Source: Rhizaria sp. SCN 62-66 (lineage: Eukaryota). Taken from it: a stretch of 64,000 nt of DNA. Position numbers and translations under genes: made by a program. Positions 12,608-25,100 of the stretch are shown piece by piece (positions within the stretch are counted from its first letter, which is position 1; each line of letters opens with the position of its first letter). The DNA is taken from NCBI GenBank assembly GCA_001724265.1, contig MEDY01000135.1, positions 1 through 64,000 of the forward strand, read 5' to 3'. The notes under the pieces are model-generated. The model saw only the letters and a program-made list of their open reading frames with translations. It was not told the origin of the DNA and searched no databases.

Positions 12608-12681
12608 GCGCGGAGCGAAAGATTTACAGCACAAGTGAGAGCGAGAGCTTGACTCGATATTAGAGTTGCACTACCACTGAG
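12594..12681 (+). repeat. 15-bp direct repeat TGCACTACCACTGAG covering the stop codon and re-occurring 73 nt downstream
   Basis: Copies at 12594-12608 and 12667-12681. Confidence 0.8.
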
Positions 12682-13110
12682 TGAGACTGAGAGCTTGGCT
12701 TGTGATTTGGGAGCTTCCTGGAGAAGTGTGCTGTTTTGCAACAGATTGATGCTAGTGTGTTAAACGTATCATGGCCATGATAATTGCATAGCATGCTAAC
12801 TACAACATGGCAACACTTCCCAACACTGCATTAATGCTCACATGCGCACTAAGACAACAAAGAATACAAAAGAAGTTTCCAAGTCGTAAACTTAAGCCTA
12901 TCACCAGTCACACCTAAGTATCAACTTGCATGAATACGGGTATCATGAACTCATTGTTTATTTTTAATCAAAAACGCACAAAAACAATCATTACGCCTTG
13001 TTATTGATAACAAGGCCTCTGCTATGCTATCGCAACATTACTTAACCCCATTCTCCCGCACTCATGCAGTCGCCGCCCAGGCAGTCGTCGCTGCGACATC
13101 GATCCATCTC

Positions 13111-15141
13111 TCACTGCTTGGCGTCGGTGTCGGTGACGGCGTTGCTGCTGCGCGTCCAGAGAGCGTACCGCTGCAGCAGCGCGCGCGTGGCCGGGTTGAA
13201 GCCCGCGAGCCGCTGCTGCTCACGCTCGCTCTCGGCCTCGGCCGCCGCGGCCGCAGCGGCGGCGTCACCGGCCGCAGCGGCGCCGGCCGCGGCCGCAGTG
13301 TAACTCCGGTCGGCCGTGATGGCGGTGCGGACCTTGTCGGCGAGCTTCTTGCCCAGTTCGACGCCGAACTGGTCGAAGCTGTTAATGCCCCACACGAAGC
13401 CCTGGACGGCCGTGCGGTGCTCGTACAGCGCGAGCAGCGCGCCCACCTCGCGCGCCGCCAGCCGCGGCAACAGCAGCACCGTCGACGGCCGGTTGCCGGG
13501 CATGACCTTATGCGGCGCGAGCGAGGCCGCGCAGCCCGCCGCGAGGACCTCGGGCAGACTCATGCCCTCGGCCAGCGCGTCGGGCTGTGCGAAGAAGTTG
13601 CTCATGAGCTCGTCGTGGTTGCTGTGCGCCGCGCCGGGCAGCGCGCGGTCGTGCTGCGAGACGGCCGTGCCGATAAAGTCCACCGGCACCACGCGGCCCT
13701 GCGGTGCGAACAAAAACAATGACAATTGGAGACGTAGAGGTAAGAGAATAGAATCGTAGGGTCTCATAAAACAGAATTAAAACAGCAATAAAATATCCGT
13801 GATTCGATTTTAAGGCGCGATAGATCTTTATATCTTGAGATAGCGTACCTGGTGGAAGAGCTGGAAGAACGAGTGCTGCGCATTGGTGCCGGGCTGACCG
13901 AAGTCGATCTCGCCCGCCGTGCGCTGCAGCGGCTTGCCATCCACGCCGACGGCCTTGCCGTTGGACTCCATGTCAACCTGCTGGATGTGGGCCGCGAACT
14001 CGCTGAGCGCGTCGGTGTAGCACGCAATGGCGCGCGCGGGCAGCCCCAGGACGGAGCTGTTCCACACGCCGACGAGCCCCAGTAGCGCGGGCAGGTTGCG
14101 CTCCAGCGGCGCGGTGAGGAAATGCCCGTCCATGGCGCGGGCCCCCGCGAGGACGGCGCGGACCTGCGCCCAGCCCAGATGCAGCGCGAGCGGGAGCGCG
14201 CCCACGGCGGAGCAGACCGAGTAGCGGCCGCCGACCCAGTCCCAGAACGGGAACACGTTCTCGGCGTCCACGCCGAACGCGACGGCCTTGTCGACCGCGG
14301 TCGAGCACGCGACGATGTGCTGGCGGGCCACGGACGCGCACGCCTGCGCCTCGCTGCCGGCCGCGCCCGTGGCGGTGAGCGCGGGTAGCAGCGCGGCCTC
14401 GAGCCAGCCCTTGACGGTGCGTGCGTTGAGCATCGTCTCGGCAGTCGTGAAGGTCTTGCTGAGCACGATCACCAGCGTCGTCTCGGGGTCCAGTCCCGCG
14501 GTCGCGCGGGCCACGTCCACCGGGTCCACGTTCGCCAGGAAGCGCAGCGTGCGGCCCGCGCAGCCCGCGGCGCCGCCGCTCACGGCGTCGTACTGCAGCG
14601 CCTCGGCGATGAACTTGGCGCCCAGGAAGGAGCCGCCGATGCCAACGGCGAGCACGCTCGTGAGCGCCTTGCCCGTCGCGCCGCGCCACTCGCCGGCGCG
14701 CACGCGCTCCGAAAAGGCCTCGACGCGGCGCAGCACGGCCAGCACGTCGGGCACAACGTCCTTGCCGTCGACGACGTACCGGTCGCGGGCCTCGGCGCGC
14801 AACGCGATGTGCATCACGGCGCGGTTCTCGGTAGTGTTGACGCGCTCGCCCGCGGCCAGCGCGGCGATGCGCTCGGGGACCTTGGCCGCGCGCGCCAGCG
14901 CCGTGAGCAGCTCAAGCGTGCGCGGGGTAATGCGCTGGCGCGAGAGGTCGAGCAGGAAGCCGTGCTCCTCTAAGGTCAGCGCGGCGCAGCGCTCCTGGTC
15001 CTGCAGCAGCTGCTTGAGGTGGGTCGGCGCGATGTCCGCCGCGGCGTGCGCGTCAAGCGCGGCCCACGCGGCCTGCACCTCAGACGGGGTCGCGTTCGGG
15101 GGCACGGAAAACTCGGGCGCCGGGGGAGGAGTGGAGGCCAT
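13111..15141 (-). CDS. GPI: glucose-6-phosphate isomerase, about 626 aa, exons 15141-13849 and 13698-13111
   Basis: Motifs VGIGGSFLG, LSKTFTTAET, FWDWVGGRYSV, QQVDMESNGK, GTNAQHSFFQLFHQG, INSFDQFGVELGK. Intron 13848-13699 (GTACGC..CGCAG). Ends in TGA. Confidence 0.97.
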
Positions 15142-16094
15142 GCGAGACGAAGGCTGGGGCGAGATGGGAGAAGAAGCGGGGGACGACGGGAGCGTGAGGT
15201 GAAACTAGGGTGAAAGAAAGTCTTGATATGGCAAGGATGAAGAGCAGATCTTGCTGCAGAAAATTGACAAATATATATTTACTCTTTGTTAGATAAGAAA
15301 ATAGGTAGCTTGAAATCCTGGCATGACGGAGCGTCGAGTTATCAAAGCGGGAAAATTAGGTCTGCGCCCGGACCCAAATCCCTGGGCCTCGCGCATCTTC
15401 TAAAGTCTGCAAGCACCATCAAAAGCTAGCTGCACAGCTGGCTTATTCTTGAGATATTAGTTGAAACCCTGTGCTTGCATGGAATCAGGATTTAATGATT
15501 ATATAGTGTTGGTGAATGGCTGTGTAACTCTGTCTTGCAAAGATATCTCAGTGTAAGAGTTGTGAGGCGCAAGTGCGTTACTCGAAGGTCACGTGCTATC
15601 TACGGCTACAGTAAACGCTTGGTGCTTAACTTTGTTTGTAGTTCATGGATATAACTTATAAATAGTTTACAAGTACATTATACTTGCGTATTGAATCCTG
15701 ATCACCTGGTTCACATGTGCATATCCTCATGTTTTGTAGTGATGTCGTCAAGTGACAAGCGACACAAATTATGGGTTCTCATGACTACGTGCTAAGAACA
15801 CTTGTCGCCTAAAAAATAACAGCAACCTCATATAATTTTAAGTTGCTGTTAAAGATTTCAAGTTAGTCCGTTTGTATCTCTGCTTGTTATTTGATAGATC
15901 AGCTCTGACACAAATCTCACAAATTACTCGTGGTGGATCAAGCGCGGCGCCCTGCCAAGGGATATGCTTCGCAGAAGAGAACAGGATCTCGCCATAAATA
16001 TCGCCAATCTGATAAGACTTGTGTTATCCGAACATAAAAGCTATCTTTCTATAAGGCTTTGAAATTTAACACGTTAGAGTTGCGCTTGTCCTGC

Positions 16095-18951
16095 ATGTCG
16101 AGTCGTTCAAGCGGGGGCTTCTCGAAGCGCTTTAAGAGAGCTCGTGTCGTCGTGCCCCGCCCGGCCTCGCGCCCCACCAACACATGCGCAATCTCCCGCA
16201 GCGAGGTTGAGCGCGTGGCATCTGTTATTGCTGCCGCAGCCGGCACGCCTGAGCACATCTCCGCGGACTGCGCGCTCGGCAGCCACCTGCTCTCCGCTCT
16301 TTGGGCGCCCCCAGCGAAAGTCAACGTGAGGGACAAGGCTCCGCTCCCCTCTGCAGCCGTGGCCGCCACTACGCCACCAGTCACGCCCCTCGCGAAGTTT
16401 TCGTTGGTTGGCAAAAGCTCGGCGGACCCGGAGCACGTTGAGGCCGCGCGTGCGACGCTGAAGCAGCTGCTGACGACACTCCGCACCCAAGCTCGGCTCA
16501 TCACGAGCAGTACTGCGGCCGCCACCGCCGCGGCTACCGCTTCTGCCGCCGCCGCTACTGCTGCTGCTGCTGCCGCCATCGCGGGGGCTGACGGCGAGGG
16601 CAAGGCTGGCAAGGGCAGTCGCCGCAAGCGCACAGCCCCGTCGAGCTCGAGCTCGAGCTCAAGCGGCGCTGCTGCGGCCGCAACGGCGAGTGCGAGTGCG
16701 GCGGCGGTGGCGCTGTTGCCGGCTGGCGCGGTGGCGACCGTGCTGGCCGTGGCCGCGACCGGCGACGCGGGCGCCCCGCGGCCGCTGATGTGGCTGTGGG
16801 ACACCTTGGCGCTGCGCCTAATGCTGCCGCAGCCAGCCGCGCTGCTCGCAGCCAGCGCGAATGTGAATGACAACAACGGCGCTAACGGCGACAGCAACAC
16901 CCCCGCTGCGGGTAACAACAACGCGGCGCCCCCTGCGAGCGCGGGATCCGCGTCCCCCGTGCGCTGGCGCTGTTTGTTTCTGATTGCTGCCGCCATCGTC
17001 GAGGGCCTCATGCTGGCACAGGTACGAGGCTCACTTTACACTACAACAAAGCCGGTGAATTGTCGATATATTACTTGGTGCATTGTGTATTTTCCTTAAA
17101 ATTACGTTAGCTTTTATGTTTCCAACTCTAATTTATTCTTGTAACACGCTACCTTGTCTTCACATCCCCAGCCCGACAACGCCGACGACACCAACACAAA
17201 TGCTGACGACGAGATTAAACCAGAACCAGAGCCCAACACTCTCCGGTCTGCGGCCCTGACCCTGCCGCCCCTGTCCCGCTCCGCGCTGTCGGCGCTGGTT
17301 CTGTCCGTTGCCGCTGGCGCCCCGTCTGCCGCCGCGGCCGCGGATCCCGGACTGGCCTCGTTCCCCGCCGCCGCCGCCGCGCTGCTGCCGAGCGCAGTAC
17401 TGCGCGCTGCGCGTCTCCTCGAAGCCGTCGCCGCCGCCGCCGCCGCCACTGCGCCCGCCGCGTTTGCGCTCGCGCTCCCGCAACAACTCTCGCAGTCGCT
17501 CTCGCTGCCAGCGGCCGGCGCCGTCAACACCGGCAACGCTGCGGGCTCCGCCGCGGCAGCTGGCTCTCCGGCCGCGGCGAGCTCTGTGGCGACTGCGAGC
17601 GCGACGGAGGTGACGGAGGCGGCGCTGATCGCGCTTGTCGCGGCGGCGAAGCGGGCCGCCGACGATGCCGCGGCCGCGGGCCTCAGCAGCGCTGCGGGCG
17701 TCACGAGCACGGGCCCAGGGCTGGCCGCCGCCGCCGCGACCGCGGTTGCGAGGGCCGCCGCGGACGCTGCGAGTGCGGGGCCGCGCTACACGCTGTCGCT
17801 GTCGACGCCCAAGGCGGCGGGCGGCGCGAATAGCAGCTTTGCTATTGGCAGTAGTCTGGCTGCTGGCGGCGGCTTTGTCCTGAGTAACCTCGCCAGCGCC
17901 AGCGCCAATGCCAGTGCGAGTTCGCACGAGACGTAGCAAAGTGTCGGTGATGCTGAGGACTGGAGCTACGCCGAGTCCAGTGACGGCGCACCAGTGCGCA
18001 ACGCTCTCGGGCCGCTACTGCCTGTACTCGAAGCAGCAGCGACCGGGGCAGTATCGCTGCCAATTGGCGTGAGCTCAAGTACAAACGCGGACGCCGGCCC
18101 TGGCGCTAGCCCTGGCGCGGGCGTTGTTTTAACACCAGTCGCAACCAGTGCTGCCGACATTGCCACTGCTGCTGCCGCAGCTGCAGCTGCTGCCAGCGGA
18201 CGCGCTAATGCCTCCCCTTCTGTCTCAGCGCCAGCGAGCGTGACCAGCGCATCTGTGGTCGTCAGCGGTAGCGGCAGCGCCTGTGCTCTTGCTGTGTCTC
18301 TCGACGACGACGCGTACCGCGCAACCGTCCGCTCCTTGCTCACCGCGCTGACCGCCGCGCCATGGGCCGCGCCGCTCGCGCTCGCGGGCGCCGGCGCCGC
18401 CCCTGTGGGGTACGGCGCGGGGCTGCGGGCGCTGGGTGCGCTGCCGCCGCCGCTGCTGGCGCTGGCGCCGCCCTGGGCGCTCGCGGGCGGCGCGCAGCGG
18501 CGGCGGCTCACGGCGCGGCAGCGCGCGCTGGCTAGGGACGCGGCACGCGCCACGGCCGGCGGCGGCGCGCGCGAGGAGGTGCTTGAGAGCGGCACGGACG
18601 CGCCCGGGAAGCGCTGTCGCAACGCAGCGTGCGGGGCCAAGGGACGCGTCAAGGAGCTGCTCATGGCGACCAGGTACGGAAGATTACTGCATCATGCACT
18701 CTCTTATTATTGCTTTGCTTACATTATATTGAATCTTATGCGTATATTCTAAATTTGATGCGAATACTTGTTTTACAATACTGTGATTCTTTGCTCATCG
18801 AGATATCGAATGTTTCTCATTCTTCTGCTTTGCGCACAGGCGTGGCATCGCCAAGGCCGAGACGTGGGGCGCGCAGGACAGCGAGGGCGACAGCGTGCGC
18901 TTTGCTTGCGCGGCTTGTGGCGAGACTTGGGTCGAGAAGGAAGGCTGGTGA
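16095..18951 (+). CDS. Ala-rich protein with a C-terminal TFIIS-type zinc ribbon, about 846 aa, exons 16095-17021, 17172-18673, 18840-18951, one in-frame TAG at 17934-17936
   Basis: Introns 17022-17171 and 18674-18839 (GTACG..CAG) restore the frame. The spliced C-terminus reads KRCRNAACGAKGRVKELLMATRRGIAKAETWGAQDSEGDSVRFACAACGETWVEKEGW, ending in TGA. Confidence 0.7.
17934..17936 (+). other. in-frame TAG, putative sense codon (SHET*QSVG)
   Basis: ACG TAG CAA AGT GTC; ORFs 17154 and 17994 are in the same frame. Confidence 0.75.
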
Positions 18952-19201
18952 GACTTTGTATTACTCTACAATACTCTTCGTGATGCAGCAACAGACAGTC
19001 AAACGTTATATAGTAAAATAGTTAACATAGAAATTAGTCATGTTGAATACACTTCTGTATTTTTATAGTTGTAATTATAATTAATATGACTGAGCTAATG
19101 AACTCTACAGATCATTTGCCATAAATACGGATGACACACGGCCATCCTGACATAACCATCACTTAACACTCACACCTTGACATACATGACTGCACGTCGT
19201 C

Positions 19202-21630
19202 TCACTTGCTCTCGCCCGCAGCTGCAGCAGGAGCGGCGGCCGCAGGGGCGGCGGCGGCCACGACGACGGGCTCGGGCATCTTGAGCGACGCCGCGGGCGG
19301 CACGGTCTCGGGGAACACCGCGTCCTTGATCTTGCTCAGGACGCTCTGGCCGGTGCCGGGCGCCTTCCTGATGTCGTACTTGCCGTACACATCCTCGGCG
19401 ATGAGCACGAGACAGAAGCTCAGCTCCTTGAGCGCGCCGCGCATGGCGAGCGCGTCCTCGCCGGCCAGCACGGCGTCAGTCGCGTCCAGGCACCCGCGCA
19501 CGCGCTCGCACGTGCGCGGCTTGAGCGCGTGGCGGAACTCACGCATCGCGCCCTCGACCTTGCTGTACTTCTCGCGCACGCGGTTGCGCGTCGACACCAG
19601 CTCCATCAGCGCGGCGTCGTCGGACGCGTACAGAGACGTGTCGGCGAGCATCTTGTTCATCTCCTCCGCGCCCAGCCCCGTCGCGGAGGCCACGGCGCTC
19701 TGTTCCTTGCCCGTCGCGTGGTCGCGGGCGGAAATGCTTAGCACGCCCGAGACGTCGATCTCGAACGTGACCTCGATCTCGGGCACACCGCGGGGCGCGG
19801 GTGCGATCTCAGACAGCTCGACGACCGACAGCAAGGCGTTGTCCTTGGACAACGGGCGCTCGCCCTGTATCACGCGCACGCGCACAGTCTCCTGGCCGTC
19901 GGCCACAGTGGTGAAGACGCGCGAGACCTTGACGGGCAGCGTCGAGTGGCGCGGCACCAGCGGGGTCATGACGCCGCCCTCGGTCTCCAGGCCGAGGGTG
20001 ATGGGCGTGATGTCGAGCAGCAGCACGTCCGAGACTGTGCCGCGCAGCACGCCCGCCTGGATCGCGGCGCCCGCGGCGACAACTTCGTCGGCGTTGATCT
20101 CCTTCTCGGGCGCGCGGCCGAAGTGCTCCTCGATGAGCTGGTGCAGGCGCGGCCACTTGGTGGAGCCGCCGGCGAGAACGACGGCATCGAGCTTGTCCTT
20201 GGTGATACCGGCGTCCTTGAGCACGGCGTCGCAGATCGGCAGCGTGCGCTGCAGCAGCGGCATCATCAGGTTGTCGTGCTGCGAGCGGCTCATCTTGAAC
20301 TCAAGATGCTTGGGCCCCTTGGCGTCGGCAGTGATGAAGGGCACGTAGATGGTCGTCTTGAGCGAGTGCGCAAGCTCGACCTTCGTGCGCTCCGCCTGCT
20401 CGCGGATTCGCTGCACGGCCAGCGCGTTGTCGCTCAGGTCGATCTTCTCCTTGGCCTCGAAGTCCTTAAGCAGGAAATCGATCAGCGCGGCGTCCAGGTC
20501 CGCGCCGCCGAGGCGCCCGTCGCCGCCGGTGGCCTTGACCTCGAACACGCCGGACTTAACGGTGAGGACGGAAAAGTCGAAGGTGCCGCCACCAAAGTCG
20601 TACACGGCCACCGTGCCCACGTCGTTCTTCTTCTCCAGGCCGTACGCCAGAGCCGCAGCGGTCGGCTCGTGGATGAAGCGCTTGACGTTGAGGCTATATC
20701 AAGAAGAAAGAAAGCAAGAGGATCGGGAACGCAATACATGTGTGAGTGGAATCAACAAAAGTATGTGAAGTAAACAGGAAAATGTAGTGCAAATAGAGAC
20801 AGCCCTGAAGTGAGTGATCACAAGAGAATGTTGTGCTCGTGACATACCCAGCCATCTTGGCGGCCTCCTTGGTTGCATTGCGCTGTGCGTCGGAGAAGTG
20901 CGCCGGAATGGTGATAACAGCCTGATCAACCTTGCGACCAAGCGTCTCCTCGGCGGTGAGACGCATCTTGGCAAGAATGTGTCCCGAAATGTGCGAAACG
21001 GGGGTCTTCTTGCCGTTGACCTCAACCCATGCGTCGCCGCCGGCGCCCTCGACGATCTTGTAGCCCACGCGCGACAGCTCGGCCTGCACCACGGGGTCCG
21101 TGAACTTGCGGCCCAGAATGCGCTTCGTAAAGTCGAACGTGTTAGCCAGGTTCTGCACCTGCTGGCGCCGCGCGGGGGTGCCAACGAGCACGGTGCCGTC
21201 CGATGTGAAGGCCACCACGGAGGGCGTCGTGCGCACACCTTCGGAGTTTTCAATGATACGGAGCGCCTTGCCATCCATCATGGCCACACAAGAAGTGTTA
21301 GTGCCGAGATCAATGCCCACGACATCGCCCTGTGACGGCGCGGTCGCCGCGAAGGTGCGGCGCGGAACGGAAACGATGTTGCTGCCAATAAGGCTCGCGC
21401 TCGCGCTAGTTGCGGTAGCTAGGGCGCGGGGGGCGAAAGTGACAGTGCGGGAAAGCGCCGCACGCTGTAAAAGTATAAACATACGTAAGGTATGACATAT
21501 ATGAGTGGGGTTCGTCTCAGACTCAGTGATAGAGAGCTAGAAGGTACACAATGTGATGAGAGAAATGGGAGGGCCAAGTGTGGTGTGGACGGACCTTAGT
21601 AAGTCCACGCAGGACAGAGGACCTAAGCAT
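19202..21630 (-). CDS. divergent mitochondrial-type Hsp70 (DnaK family), about 714 aa, exons 21630-21595, 21464-20848, 20693-19202
   Basis: Arg/Ser-rich presequence [50 protein letters not shown], the mitochondrial/proteobacterial-type GDAWVE and GPKHL, and the linker DVLLLDITP. Two GT..AG introns restore the frame. Ends in TGA. Confidence 0.9.
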
Positions 21631-22135
21631 TGCGCTAAATCAAGAGCGTCTATCAAATATAGAGCGTATGAAGCTTGTCAGACGGGAAGGCTGCACACTG
21701 ATAGAGTCAGTATGAAGGTGAATGTTACGCTCCGCGATGAAAGAGACGGGCGAACGGTCTGTGAGTCCGTGGTGAAATCCGGGAGCGTGCAGCGTGAGCA
21801 ATACAACTTGCGTTGACATTTTAAAAACAGAATATACATACAATAGTCTCTTAATGCTATTCAAATCCTCAAAATTAAACTTAACGTCGACGGTGTTGCA
21901 CACGACCTCGATTTTCCAGGCTCACTCTTGGTAGCCGCTCAGCTGCCGCCGTTGACTAGCCTCACCGGTCAAAAGTGGCTGTCACGCGAGCATTTCGAAC
22001 TTAATGCATAGCAAAAGAAAGATAGAGTGACAATGTTTCTCTGCAAATTAGTTCTTAAATATGTATTTACTCAAGAATTTGAAATTTAATCTTCCTAAAA
22101 TCTCTTTATACACAGAAATCTATATAACGTAATCC

Positions 22136-25100
22136 TCACTCGCTGTCATCGAGCATAACAAAGTCATCGTCGTCGACAGCTGTACCACGCGCGCTCTGGC
22201 GCTCTATAGCGTTCGCACCCGCACTCTGGCCCAAGTACATGACCTCAAAGAGCCTCATGCGCTTCTGCTTGTGCGTCAACGCATCATCAGCTGCGTTGCC
22301 ACTCCCAGCTGCGCGCGCATTCGCTTTGTCCTCCTGACTCTGGAGCCGTTGAAGCTCGATCTGCTGTCGCTTAAACGCCTCCCGCTGCTCCAATGCGGCC
22401 CGCGCGGCCTCCGCAGCCTCCTTCTTCTCCTGCGCAGCCTTGTTTCGCGCCGCGTCTTCCTCAACCCTCGCGGCCGCCTTCGCAGCCTGCGCGGCGACCT
22501 CGCCTCGCGCGCGCGCGGCTAACTCCGACGCGCCGTGCCGCCGCCACAGCGCATCGACCGCGGCCGCAGCGGCGCCGGCAACGGGGGCGCCAGTCGCGGG
22601 GCTCGTCGTGATCACGCCCAGCTCCACGCTGCCCGCGCCCATCTCAGCCTCCGTCTCAGCCGCAGCCGCGGCCGCAGCCGACACCGACGCCGACGCCGAC
22701 GCCGAAGCCGACGCCGAAGCCGAAGCCGAAGTAGCGGCTGCGGCCGCTTGCTCCGTTCCTGAATGAGTAAGCGCCGGTGACTGTGTGAGTGAGGCGCGCC
22801 AGCGACGGGTAAGCGCGGTATGGCGCTCGCAGAGCCACTGGAGCTCCCAGTTACCGCCCAGCGCCGCGGGCCCCCTGGGCGGCCGCCACTGCGGCGACGC
22901 GCTGTGCGTCGCGGGCGTGAGTGTGAGCGCGTCGGTCAAACCGTCGTGGTCACGCTCCAGCGCCGCTTCGGCCTCAGCAGCGGCAGAGTCCTCTTCGTCA
23001 GCATCCATGGCGCTGCTTGAGTGGGCAGCGAGTGCTTGCGACGACCTGCTTGTGTGGCCTGCCGAGTTGTCTTTAATGGCATTATGTTTGTTGCTGCTGC
23101 TACCGACATTGGAGTCAACAATTCTGTCGATGTCGTTATCGTTGATGGAGTCAAAAGTACGCACAAATACGGGCACCTCAGGCACTGAGTCGGCATCATC
23201 ACTCTCAGCTGTACTGACAACATTTCGAGCACCGCGCGCCCCCTCGCTCTTGACAGCTGGCCCAGCAGAAGCAGTGATATCGCTGCCGTTGTTGTAGTCT
23301 ACCATGTCAGCGCTGCCGCTCGACTCGTCCTCCGCCGCCGCGTTGAGCCGCAGCCAGGCGCGCCTGGCCCAGGCCCGGACGCCGCGCATGCGCCTGGCGC
23401 TTCCGTCGGCGTAAAACGCCGACGCGCCCGGGTGCGCGCGCACGAGCGAGTCGAGCAGGCTGGCGACGGCGACGGGCACGGGCAGCACCGACAGCGGCAG
23501 CGCCAGCAGCGCGGGGCCCGCCGCGGGGTCCCACGCGCCCGCGCCGGCCCCCGCGGCGCCGCGGTACAGCGCGGTGGCGACTGAGGCTAGCGTGCGCGCC
23601 CAGTCCGCGGGCGCGGGCTGCGCGGAGCAGAGCCCGACGAGGCGGCGCCACGTGAACTCGGGCACCAGCTCCGCGCCGGGGCCTACGCCGCCGTAGCGCT
23701 CGCGCAGCGTCCACGTCGCAGCGCCGCTCGCAGGGCCCGCAGCAACGGCGCCCGCGGTCGTGGCGGGCGTTGCGGCGGCGTAGGGCGACGCAAAGGAGGC
23801 CGAGATGGCTTGGGAGGAGTAGATGGATGTGCCGCAGCTGTTATGCCCTGGGACACGGAGTTGCAACGCGCCAACAGAGCCGATGTTCGCACTCGCAGCG
23901 TTACCAGACCTGTGTCCGTAGAGGCCAGATAACGCCTGGGGATGTGCGTTCGGATGCAACTGGCGCTGCTGCTGCAGAGGATTAGCTCCTGCTGCTGCTC
24001 CGGCAGCGGGTTTGCGCGGCGGCGGCGGAGGCAGGACGTGCCTCACGGATGCAGCGATCGCAGTCAACGGGCCAATGTACCCGGTGTCGCCGCCCCCCAT
24101 GCCACCGGTGCCGAGCGAAACCAGCCCGGCGGCCACGGCGCCCACGCCGTCGTTGGCCTGCCGCGCGGGCAGCTTGAGCGTGAGGCCGCGCAGGGTCTTC
24201 ACGCGGGACAGCGCCACGTACGTCTGCCCGTTCTCAAACACGCGCGTGAGGTCTACGATGGCACGGTCCAGCGTCATGCCCTGCGACTTGTGCACCGTCA
24301 CTGCCCAGGCCAGGATCAGTGGGATCTGCGTGCGCCGCGCAATAACGCGCCGCATGTGCGAGTCGGCGGCCGCGCTGCTGCCGCTGCTGCCGAGGCCGTC
24401 GGCGCCGCTCCCGAGCCCCAGTGCGAGCCCCGCGTCGTCGGGAGGGGCGCGCAGGTCGTCCACGCACGGGGAGCCGCCGCGGGCCACCTCACCGCGCGCC
24501 TTGACGCTGACGCTCGCGCCGGGGGCCGAGAGTGCGAGGATGTCGGGGTCCATGCTCTTGAACCGCGGGTCCGAGCGCGGCACATCGACCTCCCACGCCT
24601 GGGGGTTCATCACGAGCGCAATGTCGCCGCTGAAGCGCACCACGGGCAGCCCGGGCGCGTGCGACACGGCCAGGCAGTGGCGCGTGCACTTGTCGCCGCC
24701 GCTGCTTTCGCCAGTGAGCTCGCTGCAGAAGCACGGCACGTCGCTGTCGACCTCGGCCATCACGGCGGGGTCGCAAGCGAACACGTCGTCGTCGTCCGCG
24801 GCCGTGTGCGCGCCCTCCGCCGCCGCGGCCGCGTCGAGGTCGGCCAGGACGATGGGGCCCTCGCTAGGCAGCAGGCGCAGCGCGGCACGCTCGAGCGCGC
24901 GCGGGAGCTGCCAAAGCGCGTGCCGCAGCCGCCGCAGTGCGGATCGCGGCGTGAGCGCGGCGTCGGCCGCGTCCTCGGTCTCGTCGCAGCTCACGGCGCC
25001 GCCCGCGGCACGCACGCGCGCGCGCGCGGCGACGGTCTGCTCGTCCGCGACGCGGCGCGCAGCGGTGACGGCGGCCGGGGCCAACGCGCGCACCATCGGC

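Noticed and set aside
15345-15356. E2F-like (GCGGGAAA) and CCAAT-like words in divergent spacers
   Set aside because: Short motifs expected by chance, with no consistent position across promoters.
17934-17942. Programmed readthrough (UAG CAA context), A-to-I editing to Trp, or pyrrolysine
   Set aside because: Only one site has a CAA 3' context in the viral readthrough style, the +4 base varies, Trp is implausible inside a poly-Gln tract, and no pyl genes are present. Not formally excluded without RNA data.
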